Positions 36,939 through 50,541 of a stretch of 64,000 nt of DNA are shown in pieces; position 1 is the first letter of the stretch; every line of letters starts with the position of its first letter. Under the pieces are notes generated by a model. It saw only the letters and a program-made list of their open reading frames with translations. It did no database searches and had not been told where the DNA came from. Both the position numbers and the translations under genes were made by a program. The DNA comes from Squalus acanthias (Eukaryota): assembly GCA_030390025.1 (NCBI GenBank), contig CM059433.1:26600001-26664000 (forward strand), given 5' to 3'.

Positions 36939-39857
36939 AGCTCGCGAAATTCGGCACCTTAGCGCCGGTAGTTTAGGATGGTTTTGAAAAAAAAATTGCG
37001 CCCACCTCGCTTCTACCCACGTCCAGTGTGGCCCGCGCTGTTCACCATCTTGGTGAGGGTGGTAGTGTGGGCGGGACTTGCATGCGCCGGCAGTATGTAG
37101 GGTAAGCAGATCATGACGTCAGTCAGCATGTAACACTGATTTGACACATGCCCTGCCATTTTGGATGTCGCCACTCCATTCAACGCCCTCTCCTAAACAC
37201 ACACAGCTGCACGAGGGACCCCCGCCACCCCCCCCCCCCCCCCAGCAGCAGCGCTATTTAAAGGCATACATCTGACTTGCAGATGAGTTGATTATTTCTC
37301 TTGTACTTGCTCTTGCCAAGTTTGTATGAAAACTGGGTTGCTGGAAGACATTTCTAAAGTTGTTAAAGTGTGCAGGGAGTGCTACTGGACATTGGGAAGG
37401 TGGTGGCTGCTATTAGAAGGCCTCTGAGTACACCATTTGCTCCCAGTCATAGAGGCTCTAGTTGCAGACCCCTTCACGCTGCAGCATCACAGGGAGATGG
37501 AACATAGGCAGCAAAGAAGACAAGCAGCTCGCAGAGCGAGGAGGGGGAGGGGGGGAGGGCTCTCAGCAGGAGGCCTTACCCTTCTAGAGTCTTCAGGGAG
37601 CACTTCTCCTGCCTGCGCCTAAGCCAGGAGCAGTGTGCTCAGTGGCTCCGCTTCACCAAGGAGGTGCTCACAGAACTCTGCCATCCCTTGGAACCAGACC
37701 TGTAGCCTCAGAGCAGGGGGATGACGGCTCTGCCAATGGCCCTCAAGGTGACCATGGCCATGAATTTTTCCACCAGCGATCCTTCCAGGCTGGAACATTT
37801 TGCAGTTCGCCGTCCATTGCTGCCACCGGGAGGTCACAAAGGCTCTGTACTCCAAGAGAGGGGACTTCATTGTGTTCTCTCTAAACTGAGAGAAGCAGGA
37901 GGAGCACGCACATGGCTTTTCCAGGATATCGGGCTTCCCCATGGTGCAGGGCATCATCGACTGCACGCACGTGGCTTTGCAAGCACCGTATACCAATCCT
38001 GAGATGTTCCACTCACTTAATGTGCAGTTGTTGTGCGACCACACCCCGCACATCATGATGGTGAATGCCCGGTATCCTGGCAGCAGTCATGATGCCTTCA
38101 TCCTGCACCAATCCGCTGTGCCAACAATCTACCAGCCACCACGCCGAACCCGAGGGTAGCTGCTCGGAGACAAGGGCTATCCGCTCTACACCTGGCTGAT
38201 GACTCCTCCCCACAACCCCACCACTCATGGCCAGCACTCATATAATGACAGCCATGGTGCCGCGAGGAACGTCATCAAGCAGACCATCGGGGTGCTCAAG
38301 CAACCGTTCCGCTGCCTTGACCGCTCGGGAGGAGCTCTCCATTACTCACCGGAGTGGGTGTCCCAATTTGTGGTGGTCTGCTGCATCCTCCACAACTTGG
38401 CCATCATGAGGGCGCAGCCCTTGACACCATGGGTTTTGCGACAGGAGGAGGAGGAGGAGAAGGGAGGAGACAGCCTGCAAATCCCTGTTCTTGATGGGCT
38501 GTCCGTGAACGCATCATCTGACTCCAGTTCCCCTGAATGAAACCCCAGATCCCCGTTGCTCAACACTTCCCCACCTCACCATCTCTCTGTCACGGAACAT
38601 CACAGCATCCTCTTGGCCACAATGCTGAAATGAAAGCCACCACAAAACAAACATTCCAAACCACATTTATAAATGATTCATTCCAAAACTACTGAAGAAA
38701 GTCAACTAATCACCCTTGTGCAATTCCTTAGTGCCTATCTTTTGTGTGCCTTTGCCTATGCTCATGCTCCTATGACATGCTACCCCAGTGGTTGCAGCAT
38801 GGCTGGTGGAAGGCTGCTGACTTTCCGTGGGGGAGACTGCAGATGGCCTTGCTGGACGACCTCGAGCAGCTCTGGTCCTAGAAGGCCCGGCTGTAGACTG
38901 CACCACCTCGGCATGGGCAGCAGCAGTCTGGGCTGGCTGGCTGACAGGCAACAGCAAGGGCACTGGCGGAGTGGCAGTGGTGCTGGTGCTGGTGCCAGGA
39001 GCGTCAGATCGCGTGACGGTGTCTGTTATCCATCACTCTCCTCCTCTTGTTCTTCCTGCACTGGCTGGGCTGGTTGGAGTTCTTGAGTATCTGAAAGGAG
39101 AAAGGCACAAGGGTAGGGTTGTGATGAGGGATGGGGGGAAAGCAAGATGTACATGCTTACACCATCAGCAGCTTGTAAGTGAGAAGAGATTATGGGATGA
39201 GGGGGAAGTGCGATGTGAGAAGGAGGATTAGGTATGAGCATACCGTCATCATCAAAATGCTTTCTGCCTCGCCGATTGCCACGGCCTCAGGGAAGGCCCC
39301 TCCAATGATGTCTAGCACTGTCTCCTCGAGCTGGGTCAGGTTCTGCAGCTGTGCCTGCCTCTGTCCTGTTAGCTGCTGCTTGCACTGGTTATGTGCCACC
39401 TTGGCCTGCAAGAGAGAGGGAAGTGCGTCAGTGAGTGCGGTGCAATGTGTTTGGGTAATATGCCTGTCATTGTTGAACAACTGACAGTGTGTGCAAAGTG
39501 TGAGCTGTGGGTGTGAGGCTTGCAACAGTGGTAAGTGTGTGAGGGTGAGGTGAAGCTATGATTGTGAGGTATGAGTCGTGATTGCTAGAGATTGTTGGTA
39601 GGTGAGTGATGGGGGTGTGGTGCATTGAGCAGTTGGTGGGATATGGCATTTGAAGATGCATTCACTGACCTTGAACAATCGTGTGAGGTCATTAAACTTC
39701 TTTTGGCACTGGATCCCGATCCAGGGGGAAAGACTGCTGGCAGTGACCGCTTCAGCAATCTGCTCCCACTGCACGAATTTCGCGTGCTGCCTGCATTACT
39801 TTCAACGGGAGCGGGCCATCCTCACGCCCGTTGTTGGGCCTTATTGAATTTAGCCCC
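36939..39857. mobile_element. Second decayed Harbinger: transposase on plus (~37437-38540), Myb-like gene on minus (~38706-39774)
   Basis: MVQGIIDCTHVAL, YPGSSHDAFIL, GDKGY and [26 protein letters not shown]. Right end TGAATTTAGCCCC. Confidence 0.87.
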
Positions 39858-40171
39858 CAGAATGTTTTGTCTTGACATTGTTACAATATATTTTTAGACT
39901 TAGTTTAATTGTTAATCTAGGTCCTATGGAGTTAAATTATTCTTTATTCGTGCTTCCATTTGACTTTACACAAGATAGAAAAATGCTGTCATTACAACTT
40001 ACAATTTAATGAAATACTGATATAGTCTCTGCACACAGCCTATCAAATAAATACATGTTTAGAACATTTTTGTTTTAATAGGAAGCAGGAATGCAGCAGT
40101 AAAATTGAAATCCTAGCAAAAAGTAACAAAGATATAAATCACAATTGCAAACCACCATAGTGCAGGACACT

Positions 40172-40535
40172 AACATAGAAGCACAGAAGATAGGAGCAGG
40201 AGTAGGCCATTCGGCCCCTCGAGCCTGCTCCGCCATTTAATGAGATCATGGCTGATCATCCAAATTCAGTACCCTGTCCCTGCTTTCTCCCCATATCCCT
40301 TGATCCCTTTAGTCTTAAGAAATATATCTATCTCCTTCTTGAATATATTTAATGAATTGGCCTCAACTGCCTTCTGTGGTAGAGAATTCCACAGGTTCAC
40401 CACTCTCTGGGTGAAGAAATTCCTCCTCATCTCAGTCCTAAATGGCTTACCCCTTATCCTTAGACTGTGACCTCTGGTTCTGGACTCCCCCGCCATCGGG
40501 AACAGCCTTCCTGCATCTAGTCTGTCTAGTCCTGT
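40172..40535 (-). mobile_element. CR1 3' end
   Basis: TRGHSLRIRGKPFRTEMRRNFFTQRVVNLWN. Confidence 0.88.
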
Positions 40536-40794
40536 TATCTTTGTACAAAGATGAATTGAATCAGGGCTGCCTCACTGATTGTCAACAAAGCGTGATGTCA
40601 TTTGTTTCTTAATTTTTTTCACATAAGGCCAACGTACGAATGATGGGTAAGACAGTTAGCACAAAGCGAATCTTGCAAGGGGGGGCTGGAAGGGCGGGTC
40701 ACTGAGAAATACCTGGAATATTAGCCATCCAAATAGCCCCTATCAGCTCCAGTACCTGAAGCATCTCTGGCAAAAGGTCATTAATCTTAACGCA

Positions 40795-41410
40795 GTCATA
40801 GAGTCATAGAGTTATACAGCACAGAAAGAGGCCCTTCAGCCCATCGTGTCCGCGCCGGCCATCAAGCCCTGTCTATTCTAATCCCATTTGCCAGCACTTG
40901 GTCCGTAGCCTTGTATGCTATGGCGTTTCAAGTGCTCACCTAAATGTTTCTTGACTGTTGTTCCTGCCTCTACCATCCTTTCAGGCAGTGAGTTCCAGAT
41001 TCCAACCACCCTCTAGGTGAAAAAGTTTTTCCTCAAATCCCGTCTAAACCTTCTGTCCCTTACCTTGAAACTATGCTCCCTGGTTATTGACCCCTCTACT
41101 AAGGGGAAAAGTTCCTTTCTATCTACCCTATCTATGCCCCTCATAATTTTGTACACCTCAATCAGGTCCCCCCTCAGCCTTCTCTGCTCTAAGGAAAACA
41201 ACCCCAGCCTGTCCAGTCTCTCTTCATAGCTGAAGCACTCCAGCCCAGGTAACATCCTGGTGAATCTCCTCTGCATCCTCTCCAATGCAATCACAGCCCT
41301 CCTATAGTGTGATGACCAGAACTGCACACAGTATTCCAGCTGTGGCCTAACTAGCGTTTTGTACAGCTCCATCATAACCTCCTTGCTCTTATATTCTATG
41401 CCTCGGCTAA
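40795..41410 (-). mobile_element. CR1 3' end
   Basis: LYKTLVRPQLEYCVQFW..LEQRRLRGDL and a (ctatgact)n tail. Confidence 0.88.
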
Positions 41411-42691
41411 TGTCCCAAAGGGAAAGTACCAAAAAGAGAAAAAGCACTGACATGTATTAGAAGAAATAAACCCCTCCCCATCCTAATCATGTACGGGTGG
41501 GTCATACTGGATATAGTTCAATCGAATTATTTAGATATAAGTCCTTTCTTTCTAAATAAAATCACATTTTGCTTAAGAACCACCAGTGAGCTACATTCCA
41601 AATTTTCCTCCAATGCTTACTAGAGATCTTCAACTAGTGTCTCAAACCCAAGGAACACCAGAGCTGAAGAGAGACTGAATCTCTGTGATTTAAATCTTGC
41701 CTGAGCTAACATGGGGCACTGTAGCTTCAAGCATTCATTTTATTTTCACTAACCACAGTAAATCGTTTTGGATCTGGCCTATTTAGACATCTGCTGTCAT
41801 CTATACGCATTAGTGTTCAGTTAACGTGTGAACCGTTCGCTAGTCACTGACATAGTTGCCTATAAATCCTCCTTATTACAGAACAAGGAAATTCATTGCA
41901 CTAGTCCAACTTCCTGCTCATGACCTTTGACCAGCACTTGGAAAGCCAAAGTAATTAGAAAAGCAATTCCAAATGAGATTAGTTATTTCAGTTCCAAAAT
42001 AACTGAACAGCTGGAGACATATGTTCAAGCCTTCCAACGTAGATCTTAATGGGTTTCTGCAGAACTGATATCGTTGCTGCCATCATTTTATCAATCGCCA
42101 AACACTGTATATTGTAAATGTTTGTCAAACATTCGTACATTTTCAAATGGAAGTGAATGGGAAACATCTAAAGTAGATGAAAAATGTATCTGAACCTACT
42201 GAAGTAGTTATAGTAAACTTAAAAAGAATTTGTAACATAATATTTTTATGCAAGAACTAGATTCAAATGCAAGATTTTTGTGTGTTTTATTTTTGGCTAC
42301 ATCTTCATCCAACCTGATCTTAATGTTTTGATTATAGACAAATTTCAGTACCAAAATAAAATATAATGTTAAAAAATATAGTCCAAAAATGCTATAAATT
42401 AAGAATTGTTGGAGCGAAAGGATTCTGTACTGTTTTATAATTCCAATTTGTAACGTCTTCTTTAATACAAAGAAGCTGTATAGTTTTCAGTACTCAAAAT
42501 TGAGGTTTTATTAACGCATAAGGCCCAAAATTATTCTTCATATTGATGGATAAACAATGTGCCTATACAGCATTCCTCTGTCTGCTATTTTAATGGAGCC
42601 ATTAAACCAGGTTTGTACCTCCATTAAGCTAGATGAGAGTTATGCCATACAAGCATGTCAAGCGTTTGTCCGCTAATATTGTCAACAGTAA

Positions 42692-42812
42692 GAAGGGTCT
42701 CCGACCTGAAACGTTAACTCTGTTTCTCTCTCCACGGATGCTGCCTGGCCTGCTGAGTGTTTCCAGCATTTTCTGCTGTTATTTCAGATTTCCAGCATCC
42801 GCAGTATTTTGC
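42692..42812 (+). mobile_element. Penelope-related short repeat with a 5'-truncated hammerhead-like core
   Basis: 15-bp TSD TATTGTCAACAGTAA (42677-42691, 42813-42827). Begins GAAGGGTCTCCGACCTGAAACGTT. Confidence 0.7.
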
Positions 42813-43445
42813 TATTGTCAACAGTAATGTCTGACCAACACTATGCAACTAATGGGTGCTGTAAAAACTTTCAATAATTATTTTAATATTTTAATTTCCT
42901 CTACCTTCAGTCATTGTAATTTAGCTCGCAAGTAAAATAGAAAGCAACAATCTTTTAAATATCCATGTTCTGCAGGAGACATAACCATGCGTCCTCCCAC
43001 AATTGCATTACTGTGGTATGAGTACAGTGTGTGGCTACCACAGGTTATCCCACCAAGATCAATCAATAGTTGAAGCAGGGTGAAATGGACAAAGTTAGTA
43101 TTTTTTCTCTCAAGTAAAAACTTCTGTGTGGTACTTCATCTTAATAGCGTGACTAGAATCTGACTAAATCCCCACATCAGGCAGAGAGGCAGCCCTGAGG
43201 CTTGAATATGCAGCCTTCTGATTGGAAGTCAAGTGCTCAACTGTTTGAACTACCTGGCGACATGCCATTTCATTATTTGTCTGTTCTTAAAATGAATGGA
43301 AAATGTTGAACTATATTTATGCAACATAACACATAATATTAATTCATAACAGAAGTTATGCTAAGGTGGAAAACTGTGTTTAGTTTTGGTCACCACAGCA
43401 CAAAAATAGATATTCTGATATGAAGAAAGGTACAGGAAACATCAT

Positions 43446-44340
43446 GGGGGAAAAATTCAGTCGCGCCCCGTTTGGGGCGCAAATATCGTCCGGGCGCAAA
43501 AATTAGCGCCTGGCGCTAATTATCGCCACTGACTGGAAACTTCACTTTTAACGCCCCTGGAGGTGATTGGAGCACTAAATCAGGCGCTTCACACCTGTCT
43601 TAAGGCGCAAAGGCCGAGGAGCGAGGCGCTACCTTTCAGAGCGCTGGCGAAGCTCATGTGATGTCAGTCAGCAATGGAACACACACACAATGGCCTGGGC
43701 CAGTTCTTAAAGGGGATGGTTAATCTTGCTTTCCATCCACATCCTGCTCATTGCAGCCTTGAATCTCGGCCTGGAGAGACCTGCACATCAAATCTGCTGG
43801 AAAGAACAATGGGGAGTACCAGGCAAAGAGCTCAGAGTGCAGCCCCCACAGACTCTTCTAAATCGATACAAGGAATGGCAGATCAAAATGAACCTGCAAA
43901 GTGCTGCTCAGTACCAAAAACTCCTTCACACAACGTTGAATCTCTCCAGAAGTCTCTCTCTCTCTCTCTCAGAATGCGTAGTTCAAAAATGGCAACAAGA
44001 ATAAAAGGCAGGAAGCGGTCACCTTTAAATAGCGCTCCCCCTTTCCCTTCATGACTGCAGAACGCTCCCCTCAACCTGTCGTTGCTAGCGTCAGGCGGTA
44101 AGGCAGGGGTCGCCACTCAATTTCCGCTCCGGGGCGTTACCGGGGCGTTGCGCACTCGACTGACGTCACGATCTGCCGGCGCAGGAGATCGTGGCGGTAG
44201 TGTTTAGCGCCGCCGCAAAATGTCTAGTTAAGTTCACGAGCGGCGCAAACATCGCTGCGTCCGGGCGCGAGCTGCTTTGTGCCCCATTAGCGCCCTCTTA
44301 AGGCGCTAACGGGAGGCGTAACCAACTGAATTTTTCCCCC
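43446..44340. mobile_element. Harbinger internal-deletion MITE (family B)
   Basis: Perfect 16-bp TIR GGGGGAAAAATTCAGT and TSD CAT; subterminal regions resemble 18803-26808. Confidence 0.9.
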
Positions 44341-45639
44341 CATAAGTGTAAAGATGATGAGCTAGGAAGAAAGATTAGTCGAAGCTTAAACTTTACAATC
44401 TAGAAAGAAGGAGATTAAGTTGAATCTCAGTGCAGTGTATAAAATATTATGTGGTATATCTTAGGTTAACTCAGATTAATACTTTAAAGTTTGCAAAGAA
44501 AGTAGGACCAGATCACACGACTGGAAGTGAATGAAAAGTAAACTTAGAACAAGAATACAGGGACCTTGAAGAACCAATCTGTTCTCAATGAACACGATTA
44601 ATCAGGGACCCAATCCTATAAACTGAGAACAGATCAGGATTACACTTGAGTCACTTTCACTGCTGCATATGCGGCTATTGTTCACCCATTAGGAAAAGGA
44701 TAGCGATGGCAGTAATATTTTTCTCGCAGTAACCACACTCTTTCTCAGTGATACTTCCAGAATCGAAGTAAAAAAAAACTCAAGTGAAGCAGATATTAGA
44801 AGTTACCATAAGAATGCATAGTTACTTATTAATTTTAATAACGCCCTGCTGATGATTTTTGATCAAATTGTGCAATGAATGTTTACATAATGTTTGAAAT
44901 TTATGTTTACAAGCTACATATAATTGGAAATATTTAGAACCCAAGCATCATATTGAAAACAATAACCTTTTAGATGTTATTTATTGATCAATATATTTTA
45001 ACTCAATGAAGAAAATAAGTTCCTCTCTCCAGTTGTATAACCAGCACAGACCTTAGTAAGGACAGGAAAATTAAGCAGGACTTTTGAAATCTCCCAATAA
45101 GAGTGTGGTAGCATGTAATACAGAAAGATGTGTGTAAATGTGTTAGTAAGCTGAAATATACAGATAAGGTCATAAATGGCACAAGCTTCATGCTTGCAGT
45201 TTAGAATATCATCTGAAACCCACAACTGCCCTGCAGCCTTGTAAATATATAATTGGGGTGGGTTATTGAATAGGAGGAACAATAGCTCTCACTACAGAAT
45301 AGTAATAGTAATTCAGAAAGGAAACTCCACAGTTCAGCTATTGACACTTATACATCTTTTATTCTAGAAAATATATTCCTGTATAACATACATACAATAC
45401 CGGTATACAACTTTCTTACAAAACAGAGTTCCAAAACCTTTTACTATTTAATTGCCATTTTGGACAAGGATGCTGCTAAAGTAGACAATGCTAATATTAA
45501 AGATTTAAAAGTTCCCTGATATTAAAAAAAGCACAACCAGTGAAAAAGTGTTCCTCTATATCTATCAAGGACTCTTTCAAACAAGGCCATAAAATCTTCT
45601 AAACTCTATACACAGTACTCTCTGTATATGATGTAGCTA

Positions 45640-46092
45640 GAGTCTTGCCTCTGAGCCAGAAGGTTGTGGGTTCAAGTCCCACTCCAGAGACTTGAGCACA
45701 AAATCTCGGCTGACACTCCAGTGCAGTACTGAGGGAGTGCTGCACTGTCGGAGGTGCCGTCTTTCGGATGAGACGTTAAATCGAGGCTCCGTCTGTCCTC
45801 TCAGGAGGATGTAAAAAGATCCCATGGCACTATTTGAAGAAGAGCAGGGGAGTTCTCCCCGGTGTCCTGGGCCAATATTTATCCCTCAACCAACTCCTAA
45901 AAACAGATTATCTGGTCATTATCACATTGCTGTTTGTGGGATCTTGCTGTGCGCAAATTGGCTGCTGCGTTTCCTACATTACAACAGTGACTACACTTCA
46001 AAAAGTACTTCATTGGCTGTAAAGCGCTTTGGGACATCCTGAGGTCGTGAAAGGTGCTATAGAAATGCAAGTCTTTCTTTTTCTCTTCTTTT
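45640..46092 (+). mobile_element. tRNA-derived DeuSINE (SacSINE1/AmnSINE1-like) with L2-type tail
   Basis: B-box GGTTCAAGTCC; Deu domain GGAGTGCTGCACTGTCGGAGGTGCCGTCTTTCGGATGAGACG..GATCCCATGGCAC; TSD TAGCTA. Confidence 0.85.
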
Positions 46093-46669
46093 TAGCTACA
46101 ATGATTTAAAATTGGATGTCGAGGAGTGATTTTATGTTCCTGTTTAAACAAGTTATATGAAGGAAGTATAGCTTGTATTATAAATTCTAGAATAATTGCC
46201 TCATCAGAAGAACATAATTTGAATCAGTCTGAGTGACCATACACTAAATTCCACAATTTTTGCATTTTTCTGGAACTTGTACCTTAGTGCATGAGTCAAT
46301 TATTCTGCACCCAGGTGTCAAGCAACACGGTTAAGAAATAACTCAGAAAGTGTAATGTCTGTCTTAAATATTAGAAACCAACTATGAATTTGAGGCTGAA
46401 AAGCAATGTTCTGATTTCTTTTTTTATATATATATTATGCAAAAAGCAGGTTAAAATAACTATTTTACATTCATGAACACTTCAGGCAGTGCCAAATAAT
46501 CTGAGGATTAATGTTGAAAATTAGCTGTACTGAATTAATAAACCTGCAGGAATACAGATTTGATGATGTGAATACACAAACCTGTTTAAGAAGTATTAAA
46601 AAAGTAGATAGATATCCCTCGTGAATGATTTGGGTAGGATAGTGGAAGCAAAAGCTCTGCAATCAGAGT

Positions 46670-47220
46670 TGCATTGAGTATTGTGTCCAATTCTGGGGAC
46701 TATGCTTTAGGCAGGACATCAAGGCCTTGGAGAGGGAGCAGAGGAGATTTACTAGAATGGTACCAGGAATGATGGACTTCAGTTATTTGGAGGGACCGGA
46801 GAAACTGGGTTTGTTCTCCTTAGAGCAGAGAATGTTAAGGGGAGATTTAATAGAGATGTTCAAAATTTGAAGGGTTTTAATAAGAGTAAGTAAAGATAAA
46901 CTGTTTCCACTGGCAGAAGGGTCGATAACCAGAGGACACAGATTTAAGATAATTGGCAAAAGGACCGGGGGGGGGGGGGGGGGGAGGGAAATGAGGAGAT
47001 TTTTTTTTATGCAGCGAGTTGTTATGATCTGGAATGCACTGCTTGAAAGGGTGGTGGAAGCAGATTCAATAGTAACTTTCCAAAGGGAATTGGATATACA
47101 CTTGAAAAGGAAATATTTACAGGGCAATGGGGAAGGAGCAGGGGAGTGATACTAATTGGACAGCCCTTTGGATAGGCATACTGGGACGAATGGCCTCTTT
47201 CTGTGCTATAAGATTCAGAA
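46670..47220 (+). mobile_element. CR1 3' end
   Basis: Degenerate EYCVQFW..LEQRMLRGDLIEMFK..WNAL. Confidence 0.8.
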
Positions 47221-48013
47221 GTGTGAAAGTGTGTTGAAGTTATGATGCTCCCTGCTTGCAATAAGGCACCTACCTGGTTCCTGCTGCGCATCTCCTCACA
47301 GCATCGCATTTGAGATGGAGAATTTGGTTGAAACTGTGGGGAGGAGGGTTGTTTAATTTACATGCCTCCATTCCATGGCATTTAAGGCTTTGGGTAGTTG
47401 TGTTTCAGCCCATGTTACTCCTATTAACTCCTTTAATGGTACATTTTAGATTTTCAGTAAGATGAATAGTCAATCACTGTATATGGTATATTATGTTACT
47501 AGTTTATTCCCAGATATTCCTCATATAACACATAGGCCTTGACATTACTCCATTTATTTTAAACAAGTTAATGCCTCCACTACAATAGAAGAGAAAGGAA
47601 GATCAGCATCAAGTGTTCATATCCTATTATCCCACAATGTTATTTCAGGCTCATAACTACAGCAAATTTCTTGTATCTAAGCTTAAGTCTAAAATATCAG
47701 AGTATTTCATTTTGAAAAGTAGCTGGGATTTCGGCTCAAAAATCGATTTAGCCAATGTACTAGTCATTATACTTTCTTGTAAGGAAACTGAAAGGCAGGG
47801 GTGACAAACAAAAATATTGCTTCAGTTCTAGCTTTCTGTTCAGTTTCAAGCGGTGTGCCCATGTACAGATATCATGTACGGATGTAGAAAATACTGGATA
47901 GCATTGGAATCATGAATTAATCAACCCTGGGAAAATATGCTAGGACAGAACAAATAAAAAAAAAGGCAGTCTCAACCATTCTAGAAAACCCCAGGCAAAC
48001 TGGAAGATGTGGT

Positions 48014-48345
48014 CATAGGAACAGAAGAACAGGAGGAGACCACTCAGTCCCTCAAGCCTATTCTGCCATTCAATTAGATCATGGCTGATCTGTACCTCAA
48101 TCACATTTTCCTGCCTTTGATCCATATCCCTGATACCCTTGCCTAACAAAATCTATCGACCTAAATCTTCAATTATACCCTTTAAATTCTGGTATAATTC
48201 TGGTGAATCTGCACTGCACGCCTCCAACGCTAATATTTCCTTCCTGAGCTGCGGTGCCCAAAACCGAACACAATACTCCAGATGGGGTATGACCACGGTT
48301 CTGTACAACTGAAGCATCAATTCCTCCCCTTTGTATTCTAGCTTT
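48014..48345 (-). mobile_element. CR1 3' fragment with internal deletion
   Basis: LQLYRTVVIPHLEYCVRFW joined to a CR1 3' UTR. Confidence 0.75.
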
Positions 48346-48399
48346 GTATTCAGCTTATTCATAAAATCTAATTTCACAGTGAAAAGGCTTCATGATAGA

Positions 48400-49174
48400 A
48401 TGTAAGCCTTGTAGTTTGTCAAGGTCAATGCACATTCCACTATGCGACTCACTGGGACGAAACTGATAGAGTTGGGTTCGCTGCACCCAAATCCCAATGC
48501 CCACCCATCTGCCCATTACAGTCATTTTAATTTTTTTGTAGTGGAGGGGGATGTTTTTACAAAGTGTTGCTAATACGTTGAACTGCTGGGCTGAATAGAT
48601 GCAAATAACTAGTTAGAATAGTACTGAAAATTCAGAATTAGTCACCAAAAGAATTGTAATATATTTCATATAATGGCCACCAAGTTTGTAGATACACAGT
48701 ACATCATGTATAGGACAAATATTAGACAACTTTTTAATCTCTAATATTTTATATAGTACAGTTTGAGAAAGAGATGAAGTGTGTAAAAATATTTTTAAAT
48801 CCCTCTGTTTAAAAAATATATATATAGCAGGAAATCAGATAAGTTAATAAACCATTTACCACCTTTGCAATGTTTGTATCATAAAGAAAAGCTTTGTCTA
48901 AAAATGTACCAGTTTTCAGCTCTACTGAATAAATATTTAGTCAACCACAGTTGTTTTTGTGCACTACCAGAAAGGACTGAGAACATCTGTTTTAGTTTTC
49001 CTGTAGTAAAGTAGTTAAATTGAAAGAAATAAATTACAAGCACAATGAGTACTATATACATAATACTGTACATGAAGCACCTTCAAACCCAATTTGGAGT
49101 CACTTAGTAAAAGTTTAAGGATGGCGTAAAGATTGTATTTTTAATTGGGTCCTCTTTCTGTTTTAATTTTCCAG
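48400..49174 (-). other. bmp5: Probable bmp5 3' UTR (AT-rich; distal end not determinable)
   Basis: Non-repetitive AT-rich sequence directly after the stop codon. ATTAAA hexamers occur on the minus strand, but no unambiguous poly(A) site. Confidence 0.5.
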
Positions 49175-49324
49175 CTAGTGGCAACCACATGATCTTACCA
49201 CCATGTTTCTATATTTCTTTAATATTACATTTGAACTGTCATCAAAGTACAGCACAGAGATTGCATTTAGCTTAGTTGGTGCACAGCAAGGTTTGGGGAC
49301 GTTGTCAGGGAACATCAAGTGAAC
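49175..49324 (-). CDS. bmp5: BMP5 last coding exon (49 aa + TAG)
   Basis: tttccatttgc[57 protein letters not shown] and RSCGCH are BMP5-diagnostic (BMP6/7 end RACGCH). Confidence 0.97.
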   Translation of the reverse strand, partial: VHLMFPDNVPKPCCAPTKLNAISVLYFDDSSNVILKKYRNMVVRSCGCH

Positions 49325-49517
49325 CTGCAAATGGAAACAAAATTCTTAAATCAACGTACATGTTCAAAACTATCATACCCAGAGAAAAATAAAAGTTATT
49401 GAACTATTAGATGATAGATTGTTTCATAAGCTTTCAAGGCCCAGGGGTAGACCTATGATCCCAAAAGTTAATGAAAAAACACAGCCAATTTATAGTATGC
49501 TGAATAAAATGTATTAT

Positions 49518-49757
49518 ATAGGAACAGGAGTAGGCCGTTGAGCCCCTAGATCCTGTTCCACCATTCAATTAGATCATGGCCAACTTTCATCATCTTCAGG
49601 ACTGACGCACTTCCTCTTGGGGCTCAAATGACATCCCCAGATTGCCGGTCGCGTCCTACTGATGCAAGAGGACCAATTCTGTGAGGTCCTCTTTTGCATC
49701 CGTTTCGGCGGTCCGGTTCGTAGCCACCGCGGTCGGGTGCGAATCAATTTCTGAGAC
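49518..49757 (-). mobile_element. CR1 tail (~49518-49583) next to a CpG-rich MITE end (~49584-49757) in the last bmp5 intron
   Basis: GTCTCAGAAATTGATTCGC on the minus strand resembles the family A TIR GGCCCAGAAATTGATCTCGC at 5672; internal hairpin. Confidence 0.55.
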
Positions 49758-50385
49758 AAAATGTCACATAATTGCAGTGGTGGACACTTGCCCAAAGTTG
49801 GAACTAAGAAACTATTAGGGTGAGCTTTATCTGTGCACAATTTTAGTGAAAAGGTCTGTGTGTACACAAATGGGACATTTTAACTTGTTGCCTTTTTTTG
49901 TCAAAATTATCAACAGTAGGAATTTCAGTCCCACCATTGAAGCAGCGTGGAGGGAACATAAGAGTTGATTATGCATTTATTGTTTGTGACAATGTCATAG
50001 CCATAAAAACAATGAGACCATCGTAGCACTAGGGTCTCTTTAATTACATTTTAATCTTTGTATATTCATCTTCACTATACCATACCAAATATATGAATTT
50101 GTCAAATTTTCTCCAAAATATAATCACTTTAAGAATAATTGGTTAGTCAATACCGTACAAAGTTAAGGAGTTTCTCAATCCTAATTCTCTATCACTGCGG
50201 TTTGATTCTCAGAAATATTAACAATGCATTCATAAAACTTTAGCCAATTTAATGAAATACGGTTTTCTAGAACTTGTCTGCAAAGGGTCATAAATTCATC
50301 CAACTACACGCAAATCGTGAAAAAAATGACTTTAGCGGATCTGAAAAGGTTCATGAACTTAGACCACAGCACTCCTATGAATTTA

Positions 50386-50541
<156 letters not shown>

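Noticed and set aside
37437..38540. Possible domesticated HARBI1/NAIF1-like host genes
   Set aside because: Multiple frameshifts and stops, TIR-like ends and several copies in the window indicate dead transposons.
43674..44054. ORF MEHTHNG... recurring at 56605-57138 and 58284-58640, resembling a small gene family
   Set aside because: All three lie inside copies of one MITE and have different C-termini. The similarity reflects TE copy identity.
45645..45690. tRNA gene
   Set aside because: Only a partial tRNA-like SINE head continuing into a Deu domain; no full cloverleaf.
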